A stretch of 64,000 bases of DNA, taken from assembly GCA_965198225.1 (NCBI GenBank), contig CBDAOY010000009.1, positions 768,001 through 832,000 of the forward strand, written 5' to 3'. Source of the stretch: Terriglobia bacterium (GTDB lineage Bacteria; Acidobacteriota; Terriglobia; 20CM-2-55-15). Of this stretch, positions 50,260 through 59,693 are shown piece after piece (within the stretch, counting starts at the first letter, position 1; every line of letters begins with the position of its first letter). The notes beneath the pieces were generated by a model that had not been told where the DNA came from, ran no database searches, and worked only from the letters and a program-made list of their open reading frames with translations. A program made the translations under genes and the position numbers.

Positions 50260-51180
50260 ATGGAACCAAAGAAGACGAAGATTCCCGCGGAAGCGGTAGA
50301 ACTGTACACCCAATACATTCACGGTGAGGTCAGTCGTCGTGACTTTTTCGCCGGAGTGAAGCGTTTCGCCGTCGGTGGTTTTACTGCCGCGGCGATCGTC
50401 GAAGCGTTGATGCCGAACTACGCGCTGGGGCAGCAGGTTCCCAAGGAGGACGAGCGGATCAGAGCGAGCTATGAGACCTTGCCCTCACCGGATGGAAATG
50501 GGTACATCCGGGGCTATCTCGTCCGACCGTTCAGCGCCGATTCACGCAGCGAGACCCCATCGCAACTGCCCGGAGTTCTCGTCGTGCACGAGAATCGGGG
50601 ACTGAATCCGCATACCGAGGACGTGGCACGGCGCTTCGCCCTGGAGAACTTCATGGCATTCGCGCCGGACGCGCTGACGACAGTCGGTGGTTATCCAAGC
50701 GACGACTACAGAGGCGGCCAGCTATTTCGCACGATCGATCGCGCCAAAATGACCCATGATTTCGTCGCCGCCGCGCAGTGGTTGAAATCACGTCCGGACT
50801 GCACGGGCAGAATCGGCGTAACGGGTTTTTGCTTCGGCGGTGGTATGTCCAATACCCTGGCTGGTCTGCTGGGGGCGGATCTGGCAGCGGCCGCTCCGTT
50901 TTATGGCGGCGGAGCCGCGCCGGAGGACGTGCCGAATATCAGCGCGGCAATGCTCATCCATCACGGCGCGCTCGATACACGCCTGGTCAACGCATATCCC
51001 GCGTACGAGGCAGAATTGCAGAAGAACAACGTCACCTACGAAGGCCACATTTATCCGAATTCTGTCCATGGTTTCTTCAATGACGCCACGCCGGAACGCT
51101 ACAACAAGGCCGCGGCGGAGCAGGCATGGACGCGCACCATTGAGTGGTTCAACCAATACGTGCGGGAAGCCTCGGCCTAA
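50260..51180 (+). CDS. Dienelactone hydrolase family protein (YghX-like)
   Basis: SRRDFF, VHENRGLNPH, GFCFGG nucleophile motif, HGFFND. Confidence 0.92.
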   Translation: MEPKKTKIPAEAVELYTQYIHGEVSRRDFFAGVKRFAVGGFTAAAIVEALMPNYALGQQVPKEDERIRASYETLPSPDGNGYIRGYLVRPFSADSRSETPSQLPGVLVVHENRGLNPHTEDVARRFALENFMAFAPDALTTVGGYPSDDYRGGQLFRTIDRAKMTHDFVAAAQWLKSRPDCTGRIGVTGFCFGGGMSNTLAGLLGADLAAAAPFYGGGAAPEDVPNISAAMLIHHGALDTRLVNAYPAYEAELQKNNVTYEGHIYPNSVHGFFNDATPERYNKAAAEQAWTRTIEWFNQYVREASA

Positions 51181-51368
51181 GCCAGGAGGGCGCGGAAACT
51201 TGCCTGGATGTTACGGGTGCCGAGTCCGGTGCCCGGCGTCATTTGGCCGTCGACTTCGGAACCACTCGACCCCTGCGGGCCATCGGTGTTCCACTCGGCA
51301 GCATGTGGTAAATCTGTCGCTCAACAGCCCTCCGACCACCAAACCATCCGATTCGCCAGGCGGGCTGG

Positions 51369-51408
51369 AATCCATATGCCTGTAGAATCGCCTACACGGA
51401 GAGTGGAT
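51369..51408 (+). repeat. Palindromic spacer site (unoccupied)
   Basis: aatccatatgcctgtag-aatcgc-ctacacggagagtggat. Confidence 0.65.
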
Positions 51409-51468
51409 GCCTGGTTCTTTGATTCACCTATTGGGTGCCTTTAGTGCGATGAGTTGTGCCGTGTGCCG

Positions 51469-52017
51469 TCAATCGAGAATGGCCTCAACATCGATCGTAA
51501 TAGAAACCTCATCGCTGACCACCAGACCCCCCTTCTCCATTTGAGCGTTCCAACTCACCCCAAAGTCCTGCCGACTGATGTTGGTTTCCGCCGTAAAGCC
51601 GGCGCGCATTTTGGGCCCTTTGTCCACCCCGTCTGCCCAAAATGGTGTTGGCCACTGCCCCAGATATCTAACGTCCAACGTCGCTGTCTTCGTGACGCCA
51701 CGAATCGTGATGTCTCCCGTCACCTTAAAGTCGTTCTCGCCGCCAACTGAAATCTCGTTGCCTTTGAAAATTATCTTTGGATGATTGTCGGCATCCAGAA
51801 AGTCACTCTGGAGCAGGTGCGCATCACGGTCGGACTCGCCAGACCAGAGGCGTCTAACGTCGATCTCAACTTCAACAGAAGAACTCGCCGGATCAGCCGG
51901 ATCAAACTCCAACTTGCCGTGCACATCCTTGAAGGCGCCACGTACCCAGCTCACCATCATGTGTCGAGCAGCAAACTGCGCCGACGTGTGCCCTGGTTCA
52001 AACGTCCACTTGGCCAC
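51469..52017 (-). CDS. YceI family (polyisoprenoid-binding) protein
   Basis: WTFEPGHT..F.ARHMMVSWVRG.F, RDAHL..DFLD, RQDFGVSWN. Confidence 0.92.
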   Translation of the reverse strand: MAKWTFEPGHTSAQFAARHMMVSWVRGAFKDVHGKLEFDPADPASSSVEVEIDVRRLWSGESDRDAHLLQSDFLDADNHPKIIFKGNEISVGGENDFKVTGDITIRGVTKTATLDVRYLGQWPTPFWADGVDKGPKMRAGFTAETNISRQDFGVSWNAQMEKGGLVVSDEVSITIDVEAILD

Positions 52018-52026
52018 AGTTCTCTC

Positions 52027-53436
52027 CTAGGGGCTCCCCCCCGAAGGGCCCCGGCTATCCGGAAAGAATGCCCGATTGAGGTGCTTCGGCGGTGACCATC
52101 CAATTTGAGGTCCGGGGCTTATGAACCGCGGTTCGCCAAGCCCAAAGGTATGGCCAAGAGCATTCATCTTGCCCGGGTCGGTGATGGCGTCCCATGTTCC
52201 CCGTTCGATGCGACGGACGACGGTCTCGACTGCCGCCGCCATTTCGGCCGTATTGAAGGTGCAGTGCCCAGGCGCGTCAATGAACGCCTGGCGGTAGTGG
52301 GAGTTCCGTCCCGCCCGCCTCACCAATTCTTCGTAAGAGGCCATGTTCGCGGCCGGGGTCCCGGCGTCCCCGATGTTCGAAGTGTGCAACATGGGAATTC
52401 CAATGATCCCAGTATGCGTCCGGGACCTCCAGTAGTTCACTGCTTCCGGAGTCGCTGCGATCCGGGTGCCCGCGTTGATGCGATCGAGGTCCGCCTCGAT
52501 GTCCATCCTGGCTTGAACATACAAGTCCTGAACGATCTGCTTGTGATTTGGATCGGCATTGGCATAGAACTCCCTGTAGTTGACGTCGGTGTTCCATGAC
52601 ATCAGCCCTGCAGGTTGGTCCCACTGTGGACGGGAAGTCACCGCCCGTCTAGCGCCGTCGACTACAACTTTCAGCAGCGCCTCCTGCACAGCTGCCTTGT
52701 CCTCGGGCTCAGGCTTTGGAACGGGGTCCGCATTACTGCCCCAGGTGGGGTACTGAGCGAGCACGCCCGCCAAGGCCATCCGAGCACGCCCCTCAGCCGT
52801 TGCCTGAGCGGCTGCGAGGAAGTTGACCCAGGCGGTATCGGCTGGGCCGGTTGGTCGAGACGTGACGATGAGTGGCAGTTGGTCGTTGGTGTCGAGCAGG
52901 GTCTTAAGCGCGAACGTCAGGTCGAGCCGCATGTTGGCAAGCGTAATCGGGCTGGACGCATGCATCGCAATCACCCCGTCGAATCTGTGCGGGTGGTCTT
53001 CGGCCACGCTGAGAGCAACCGAACCACCGCCGGAGCACCCGAACTGAATAGTATGCTCGGGCCGGCCAAACTCCGCCTCGAATAGGTCCAGCACCTTTAC
53101 CATGTTGTTGGACTCAGCGCGTGGGTCCCAATTGGTGCCTCGATCAGGATGACGTCGCGTGCCGGTGTAGGCGTAACCCCGCGGGAGTAAGAAGTCGGCT
53201 CGTTCCGGGCGGCTCCTTATCCGGTCTAGGTCGTTGATGACCGTCCCGTTCCAGTTCGCCGGTACGGTAATCTGCCACTCTTGACCATCCGGGAAGACGC
53301 CCGTGCGATCAGCAAGTGGCAGGTGGGATTGGCCGGACGCTCCCGGTGTGGCCGCAACGATCGCCGACGCCAGTACTGCCGCTGACAACGCGGCGCCGGC
53401 CCGCCCACACACGACGTTTCTCATGATCCCTCTCAT
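52027..53436 (-). CDS. Secreted alpha/beta hydrolase-fold protein
   Basis: Signal peptide; GCSGGG elbow; GD and PGHC catalytic-type motifs; GAGGAG RBS. Confidence 0.75.
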   Translation of the reverse strand: MRGIMRNVVCGRAGAALSAAVLASAIVAATPGASGQSHLPLADRTGVFPDGQEWQITVPANWNGTVINDLDRIRSRPERADFLLPRGYAYTGTRRHPDRGTNWDPRAESNNMVKVLDLFEAEFGRPEHTIQFGCSGGGSVALSVAEDHPHRFDGVIAMHASSPITLANMRLDLTFALKTLLDTNDQLPLIVTSRPTGPADTAWVNFLAAAQATAEGRARMALAGVLAQYPTWGSNADPVPKPEPEDKAAVQEALLKVVVDGARRAVTSRPQWDQPAGLMSWNTDVNYREFYANADPNHKQIVQDLYVQARMDIEADLDRINAGTRIAATPEAVNYWRSRTHTGIIGIPMLHTSNIGDAGTPAANMASYEELVRRAGRNSHYRQAFIDAPGHCTFNTAEMAAAVETVVRRIERGTWDAITDPGKMNALGHTFGLGEPRFISPGPQIGWSPPKHLNRAFFPDSRGPSGGSP

Positions 53437-54173
53437 CTCATCTCCTCGGTCGCTCTTCGATCCTGGCCGGCCAACTAATATTGGACGGAACTTCGTAGCA
53501 ACATGAACCACGCGATTCTGCTGCCTGACAACGCTTTCCTGATTGAGGCTGATCCAATGGATGTGGTGCTTTCATGAACGAATGATTCTGAGCGCTATGC
53601 TGACCGATCCGACGGTCTATGTCCATCAAATCGGCTTTAGCCGAAGCCGGTCGATGGAAGGACCAGATGACTGTAAGACGTGCCAGCTCAACCGGTCGAC
53701 GCAGCACAAGTATTGAATCGTTAAGCGGGGGATGGCACTTACCCCGGCATCACGTAACGTGAGCAACGTTCGACGAGCGTCGCCATGTAGCTGTTCTTCG
53801 ACCCGACCAGCGGGTCGCCTTCCCAATGCCCGGCCGAAAGCTTACTTTTCGTAGCTTTCACGTTTCGATGCCGGCGAAGAATCCGGATTCGAACGTGAAG
53901 CCCCGACTCTGCTCAACAAATCATCCGTTGGGAGGACGCTCGAGTTCATGCCGGAAGATTCTTTGGGCTTTTGGGAATCTTATGGATATCACCGGCATGG
54001 GGATCACAGTCGGCCTGCTGTGGCAGACACGCACCGAGTGCTGGTCCGGAATGAAGTCGAAGGCAGCGATTGTCGGTAGTGTCCTATTAGTGTGATGGGA
54101 CACTACCCGATCGTCTTGACGGTTGAGGGTGTACGCGGGAAGGCTCTATACTGCCGTCTTCAGGAGAAACCGG

Positions 54174-55175
54174 GTGAGACGAATGGCTGCCTTGGCGATC
54201 ACCGGAGCCTTGCTTGTTGCGGGGACGTTGTCCGCCCAGAGTTCGAAGATTCCACAGGACACCGCAATTCAGCATGCCGTGGAGCGGAGCCTTCCCCTGC
54301 TGCAGAAATCCGGCATGACCTCTATAGAGAAGTCCCGGTGCATCTCATGTCATCACAACTCTCTGACCGCCATGACCGTTGCGCTGGCCCGCGACAAAGG
54401 CATCCGGGTCGATGACTACCTTGCCGGCGAGCAATTGAAGGCAGCGGCCCGGTTTGCGGAAGACTGGCGGATACGTCTCCAGGCCGGTTTCGGTATTCCG
54501 GGAGGGGCGGATGCCGTCAGCTATCTGCTGATCGGGCTCGGAGCGGACGAACATCCGGCAGACCCGGCGACGGATCTGATGGCGCTGTTCCTGAAACGAG
54601 CGCAACAGCCCGATGGCCGATGGCGAATTAGTGCGGACCGGCCTCCGATGGAATACTCGGATATCACGGTGACGGCAACATCGCTCCGTGCGCTTCAGCT
54701 CTATTCACCCGAGGGCGAGAAGTTGGATTACGACATGGCCGTGGGGAAGGCCGCCGAATGGATCTTCGGCGCCTCTGCCCGGTCCAGCGAAGAGCATGCG
54801 TTCCGGCTGCTGGCACTGACGTGGGTGAACGCTCCACCCGAGATGATTCGTAGTACAACGCACGAAGCTCTGGCCCAGCAGAAGCCCGATGGTGGCTGGT
54901 CCCAGCTTTCCGACATGCCGAGCGACGTCTACGCGACCGGCCAGATGTTGGTGGCGCTGGACGCAGCCGGTCTACCCGCACACGATGACGCGTACCGTCG
55001 CGGCATCCGATTTCTTCTCGACACCCAACTCGACGACGGTTCGTGGCGTGTCACGACGCGGTCGCTTCCGTTTCAACCGTACTTCGAGACCGACTTCCCC
55101 CACGGCGATGACCAGTGGATTTCTGCCGCCGCTTCCAACTGGGCCACCATGGCGCTGCTGCACTCACTCCCCTAA
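54174..55175 (+). CDS. Exported prenyltransferase/squalene-cyclase repeat protein with CxxCH motif
   Basis: QW-like repeats QQPDGRW, QKPDGGW, QLDDGSW; CISCHH; signal peptide. Confidence 0.8.
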   Translation: MRRMAALAITGALLVAGTLSAQSSKIPQDTAIQHAVERSLPLLQKSGMTSIEKSRCISCHHNSLTAMTVALARDKGIRVDDYLAGEQLKAAARFAEDWRIRLQAGFGIPGGADAVSYLLIGLGADEHPADPATDLMALFLKRAQQPDGRWRISADRPPMEYSDITVTATSLRALQLYSPEGEKLDYDMAVGKAAEWIFGASARSSEEHAFRLLALTWVNAPPEMIRSTTHEALAQQKPDGGWSQLSDMPSDVYATGQMLVALDAAGLPAHDDAYRRGIRFLLDTQLDDGSWRVTTRSLPFQPYFETDFPHGDDQWISAAASNWATMALLHSLP

Positions 55176-55480
55176 CGTCCTTCCATCGGCGACGAGACGG
55201 GACAGCACCCGCAAGGCCCATCGGCGATGCTGTCACTATCTCTGTTACAGGCTACTAGTCGCGTTCCGGAGCTTAAGTGGATCCCGCCAGGCGCCAGCAG
55301 TCTCATGGCTGGACTTAACCTTGCCGTATCGTGTTGATGGCGGTTGTTCGAAGCAACATGATGGCAGGGCTGCCACGCTGGCGACGCGCCCGCTTTCGGG
55401 ACTGGAGTAGAACGCTGGCTCCCATGGCTTTGATTGGGTCTGAATGAGGGACTGAAAGCCAACGTTCCCCCCTGGAGAGT

Positions 55481-55516
55481 TTGCCGCATACACCAATTCA
55501 TACTATATTGGTGTAT
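55481..55516 (+). promoter_or_regulatory. vapBC promoter with operator palindrome
   Basis: TTGCCG-17 bp-TATATT; perfect inverted repeat ATACACCAAT-9 nt-ATTGGTGTAT. Confidence 0.7.
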
Positions 55517-55536
55517 AGGGGAAGGTGGCTCGGATT

Positions 55537-55749
55537 ATGGGGCGAACCAATATCGAGATCGACGATGGACTGGTCGAAAAGGCGATGCGGCTGACCGGCG
55601 CACGGACGAAACGTGAAGTTGTGGACCTTGCATTGCGGCGCCTGGTGGAGAAGGGACAATTGTATAGGTCGATTCGCCGTCTTCGGGGCCGGCTCAGCTG
55701 GCAAGGGAACATCGATGTCTGGCGCTCATCGCGCACCGTTCGAAAGTGA
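55537..55749 (+). CDS. vapB: VapB-family antitoxin
   Basis: RTNIEIDD.L..AM......TKREVV..AL ribbon-helix-helix; overlaps vapC. Confidence 0.88.
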   Translation: MGRTNIEIDDGLVEKAMRLTGARTKREVVDLALRRLVEKGQLYRSIRRLRGRLSWQGNIDVWRSSRTVRK

Positions 55750-56156
55750 TCATCGTCGACTCCAACACCTGGGCAGACTTTTTCAACGGAGCTCCGACGC
55801 CTCACGTAGAACGCCTCGAACTCGCGCTTCAGGAGGAGGAGGACATTGCCGTTCTTCCCATAGTCATTACAGAGGTTCTTCAGGGATTTCGCTCCGATTC
55901 TGGGTTTCGAAAGGCGGAGCGCGTTCTCACTGCTCTGCCAGTCATTAGTCCCGATGTGGCCTGTCATGTCCGCGCGGCACGGCTGTTCCGTCGATTGAGG
56001 GCAAAAGGGACTACGGTACGCGGCGCCGTCGACTGCATCATCGCCCAGACGTGTCTTGATGCCGGCGCCCAGCTATTGAGTCCCGATGGTGACTTCGCAG
56101 AGATCGCGCGCCACACGTCGCTCCGTTTGTGGCAGGCGCGGGGGCCGGACGACTGA
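55746..56156 (+). CDS. vapC: VapC PIN-domain toxin
   Basis: IIVDSN, TEVLQG, VDCIIA and DGDF acidic PIN residues. Confidence 0.9.
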   Translation: MIIVDSNTWADFFNGAPTPHVERLELALQEEEDIAVLPIVITEVLQGFRSDSGFRKAERVLTALPVISPDVACHVRAARLFRRLRAKGTTVRGAVDCIIAQTCLDAGAQLLSPDGDFAEIARHTSLRLWQARGPDD

Positions 56157-56389
56157 GGGGGCGTTCCGGCACGGACCGCCGCTTTCCCAGAACCTACGAC
56201 GACGCTAGAGTGTCGTTGACGGCGCTTCGAAGCATCTGTTCGCATCCAAGGTGGCTTGCACCTGCTGTCTGTGGCAGTAACTACTTTATCTAGAGTATTT
56301 TATCAACGTGTACCACTAGTCCGATCAGACCCTGGTGATCGGAACCGTCCTGCCCGGGTTTCATTTGCAGCAGTCGTGCGTATATCTTT

Positions 56390-57214
56390 GTGCTTGTCTT
56401 GAGCACGACGAGCCCATCCGAATCGCCAGCACGCAACCCAAGCACTCTCGAGACCGTCTTCTGGTGGCTTTTTGTCGCCACATACTCCGTCTCAATCGTC
56501 CTGCTGCACCGTCAGGGTAATCTGATATTCGGTCGGCTCAGCGAATCCCTCGGAATGCCGGTGTATCTGTTCGCCGCACGCGTCATCGCAGGAGCCAGCG
56601 GTATATTGATCCTGCTTGTGCTGATTCGCGGCCTCATCCAGAGCCGTCAGAAACTCAGGGCATTCCTGCTGTTTCTTCCCGTGATGCTCCTGTTCGATCA
56701 AACGTTGATCTCCGTGCCGATCGAGAGGATCCACTACCCGCAGTACGGCTTTCTCGCGTTGATCGCCTATATGGCCACGCGAAATCAGTACACGGCGGTC
56801 TTGATCGCTTTCGTGGTCGGCTACGTGGACGAGGCCTTTCAGTACTGGGTGCTGTATGCAGCCGACCGCTTCGTCTATTTCGACTGGAACGACATCATCC
56901 TGAACCTGATCGGGGCAGTGGGCGTATTCCTGTTTTTCATGCCTCCGGCGGAACCGGCGCGCAGATTTGCGAAGAAGCACATCCTGGCGGCCGTCGGCGC
57001 CTGGGCTGTGAGTGTCGGTGTGGTGACCTCGCTCTGGGATCCCGATCGGTGGCTGCTGGGCAATCAGGGTGACGCATTCTGGATCGTCACGAACATCGAA
57101 ACGACGTATCACGTCATGAAAGCCGACGAGGGCCTGCTCGTGCTGGGCACATTCTTCATCGTGTCCGTGGGATACTATTTCCCGGGTCGATCACGACCCC
57201 TCGACTTCAGTTGA
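56390..57214 (+). CDS. VanZ-like multi-pass membrane protein
   Basis: ERIHYPQYG, VDEAFQ, FDWNDIILN; start uncertain. Confidence 0.7.
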   Translation: MLVLSTTSPSESPARNPSTLETVFWWLFVATYSVSIVLLHRQGNLIFGRLSESLGMPVYLFAARVIAGASGILILLVLIRGLIQSRQKLRAFLLFLPVMLLFDQTLISVPIERIHYPQYGFLALIAYMATRNQYTAVLIAFVVGYVDEAFQYWVLYAADRFVYFDWNDIILNLIGAVGVFLFFMPPAEPARRFAKKHILAAVGAWAVSVGVVTSLWDPDRWLLGNQGDAFWIVTNIETTYHVMKADEGLLVLGTFFIVSVGYYFPGRSRPLDFS

Positions 57215-57218
57215 GCTG

Positions 57219-59489
57219 ATGTACAGATTCGGACGAGTCCTGGTTTGCGCGGTCGCGGTCACCCTGGTGCCGCCCGGCCAGGCTCAGGAGACCGGGCCCA
57301 CCCCCTGGATTGGAATCGGATACACCGTCGATCCGGAAACGCCCGGGGTGCGAGTCGTATCGCTGCCTTACCGCTCACCCGCAGAGGATGCCGGCGTGCG
57401 GCTGGACGATCTAATCGTGGGAATGGACGGCCACGATTTTGACGACTCTTCCGACCTCGGAACAACCTTCCGGGAATCGATCGCCGAGCGTGATGTCGGG
57501 TCCCGGGTCGTACTGCGAGTCGTTCGTGCCGGGGAGACGCCCATCGATATCCCTGTCGAGATCGGAGAGCGCCCGGCAGGAATCGGTGGGATCAAGGAGT
57601 TCTCCTCATTTGAAGACGTGGAGAACGAGTACCCGACCGCGATTCAGCCCGGAGAGGAGCTGGCTCAGAGTCTGATCGAGGCATTCGGAATCGAAGACGA
57701 TTACGAGGATCTCCGCTCAAGGCTGGCGCGCCTCAGCGACCGAAGCGACCTGTTCCGTCTGTCGCGCGTGGCGTATATCCAGCACGAACCATTTCAGTTG
57801 CAGACGGTCGGCGAAAAGACTTTGGACGAAATTCAAACGGCCATGACCCGCTGGGAGCCTTCATCAATCGTGGGCTTGGCCGCGCAATGGCTCGACGCCG
57901 GAGGGGACACACCCACGCCACTTGAGACCGGTCTCAGCCTTGAAGCGCACCTGGAACAACTTACCCGCCTGCTGTCCCGGATGCAGGCCTCTCGCGAAGC
58001 GGCATTCAGCGGGCTGAGCATGGAGGACCGGCAGTACGTCGAAGACAATCTCGACGATCTGTTTGCCACCTTCGCCAACCAGATCGACATTCAAGCCGAC
58101 CAGGATCGCGAGAGATGGAAACAGAATGCCCGCGTGTTGGAGCTCGTCGACCAGGTGGACCTCGTCAAGCTTGCAGAAGGCGCCGCACTCCTGTCCTCGG
58201 TTGCTGACGATTCATATCTCGAAGAACTGGAGTCGGCGGTGAGAACTGCCTGGGAAGCCGCGGGAAGCCCGGAAGGGATTTTCATCAACAGGGCCTCCGC
58301 CATCGGACAGATTATCGTGGGAGGAACCGGATCGACCTGGTACGACCGGGACGCCACGATTCTTCTCGATCTCGATGGAAGGGATTTCTATACGAACAAC
58401 GCCGGGTCGCCGCGGGCCGACGACATGCCTGCGGCTCTCTTGATCGATTTCGCGGGCGACGACGCGTACGAGGCGACCCTCGACTGGACCCAGGGCGCGG
58501 CACGCATGGGCTATGGTCTTCTGATCGACCGCGATGGGAACGATAACTATTTGGGGCAGGACTGGGCGCAGGGCGCGGCCGTTTTGGGCGCTTCCCTGTT
58601 TGTCGACGAGGCCGGCGACGACGTGTATCGTTCCCGCCAGTATGCACAGGGCGCAGCCGCGTGGGGCGTGGCGCTGCACATCGACCGTGAAGGCGACGAC
58701 CGCTACGATGCGGGCCAACTGGCTCAGGGCCTGGGAATGCCAGGCGGCGCCGGCTGGCTGTTGAACGCCGAAGGCAACGACACGTACTACGCAAAGGGCC
58801 TCCGTCCGACGGGATATGGCGATCCCGGCATCTTCGACAGTTGGTCGCAGGGTTCCGGCGTCGGCTTCCGCGGCCTGTACTCCGGCGGCGCCGCGATCCT
58901 CTATGACGGCGGGGGACGAGACCGCTACGAGGCGGGCAACTTTTCCCAGGGTGGTGGCTACTACTTCGGCGTCGGCTTCCTACACGACCACGGCGGTGAC
59001 GACGACACTTACATCGGATCCCGTTACAACCAGGGCTTTGCCGCCCATCAAGCCATCGGATACTTCAACGATTCAGGGGGCAACGATTACTACACGACCC
59101 GCCATGCCGTGGCCCAGGGCATCGCATGGGACGAAGCCATCGTCCTGTTCATCGACCGCGGTGGCGACGACGTCTACGAGGGTGCGCAGAGTTTTTCTCA
59201 GGGCGCCAGCGCCCACAACGGGTTCTGTGTGTTCCTGGATCTGGGCGGACACAACCGTTTCGATTACAACACGTCCCAAGCTTCAGCGGGACCGAACGAC
59301 TACCACGGGGGTACCAGCTTCTCGTTGTTTGTTGCAGCCGATGGGGACGACAACGTTTACGACTCGGGCATGGATCCTTCGAGCATCCGCCTGACCGGCG
59401 AACACGGTGTTTTCGCGGACCTACCGGGTTCTATTGATGAGGCCCTAGATTCAGAGATCTGGCGTGACCTGATCGATACGCCCCGTTAG
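57219..59489 (+). CDS. Exported PDZ-domain protein with Gly/Asp-rich tandem repeats
   Basis: WIGI..SPAEDAGVRLDDLIV (PDZ); repeated D..G.D.Y....QG motifs. Confidence 0.8.
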   Translation: MYRFGRVLVCAVAVTLVPPGQAQETGPTPWIGIGYTVDPETPGVRVVSLPYRSPAEDAGVRLDDLIVGMDGHDFDDSSDLGTTFRESIAERDVGSRVVLRVVRAGETPIDIPVEIGERPAGIGGIKEFSSFEDVENEYPTAIQPGEELAQSLIEAFGIEDDYEDLRSRLARLSDRSDLFRLSRVAYIQHEPFQLQTVGEKTLDEIQTAMTRWEPSSIVGLAAQWLDAGGDTPTPLETGLSLEAHLEQLTRLLSRMQASREAAFSGLSMEDRQYVEDNLDDLFATFANQIDIQADQDRERWKQNARVLELVDQVDLVKLAEGAALLSSVADDSYLEELESAVRTAWEAAGSPEGIFINRASAIGQIIVGGTGSTWYDRDATILLDLDGRDFYTNNAGSPRADDMPAALLIDFAGDDAYEATLDWTQGAARMGYGLLIDRDGNDNYLGQDWAQGAAVLGASLFVDEAGDDVYRSRQYAQGAAAWGVALHIDREGDDRYDAGQLAQGLGMPGGAGWLLNAEGNDTYYAKGLRPTGYGDPGIFDSWSQGSGVGFRGLYSGGAAILYDGGGRDRYEAGNFSQGGGYYFGVGFLHDHGGDDDTYIGSRYNQGFAAHQAIGYFNDSGGNDYYTTRHAVAQGIAWDEAIVLFIDRGGDDVYEGAQSFSQGASAHNGFCVFLDLGGHNRFDYNTSQASAGPNDYHGGTSFSLFVAADGDDNVYDSGMDPSSIRLTGEHGVFADLPGSIDEALDSEIWRDLIDTPR

Positions 59490-59693
59490 AGTCTCGACCA
59501 GATAGACTTGCCAGAATCTTGTAGTTCGTATTCTGAATGTTTCGAGGAGCTTTGATGAACCTGACCCGCCGGTAGTCGCATATCCGAAGGGTTGAGCTTG
59601 GTAAGTCGCCAACGGAATGGTGGCGGTTGTCCAATAGCCCAGGCGGCAGGCTTGTCCATTGAGTATCCGAGCCGTCTTGGAGAAAAGACGCCC

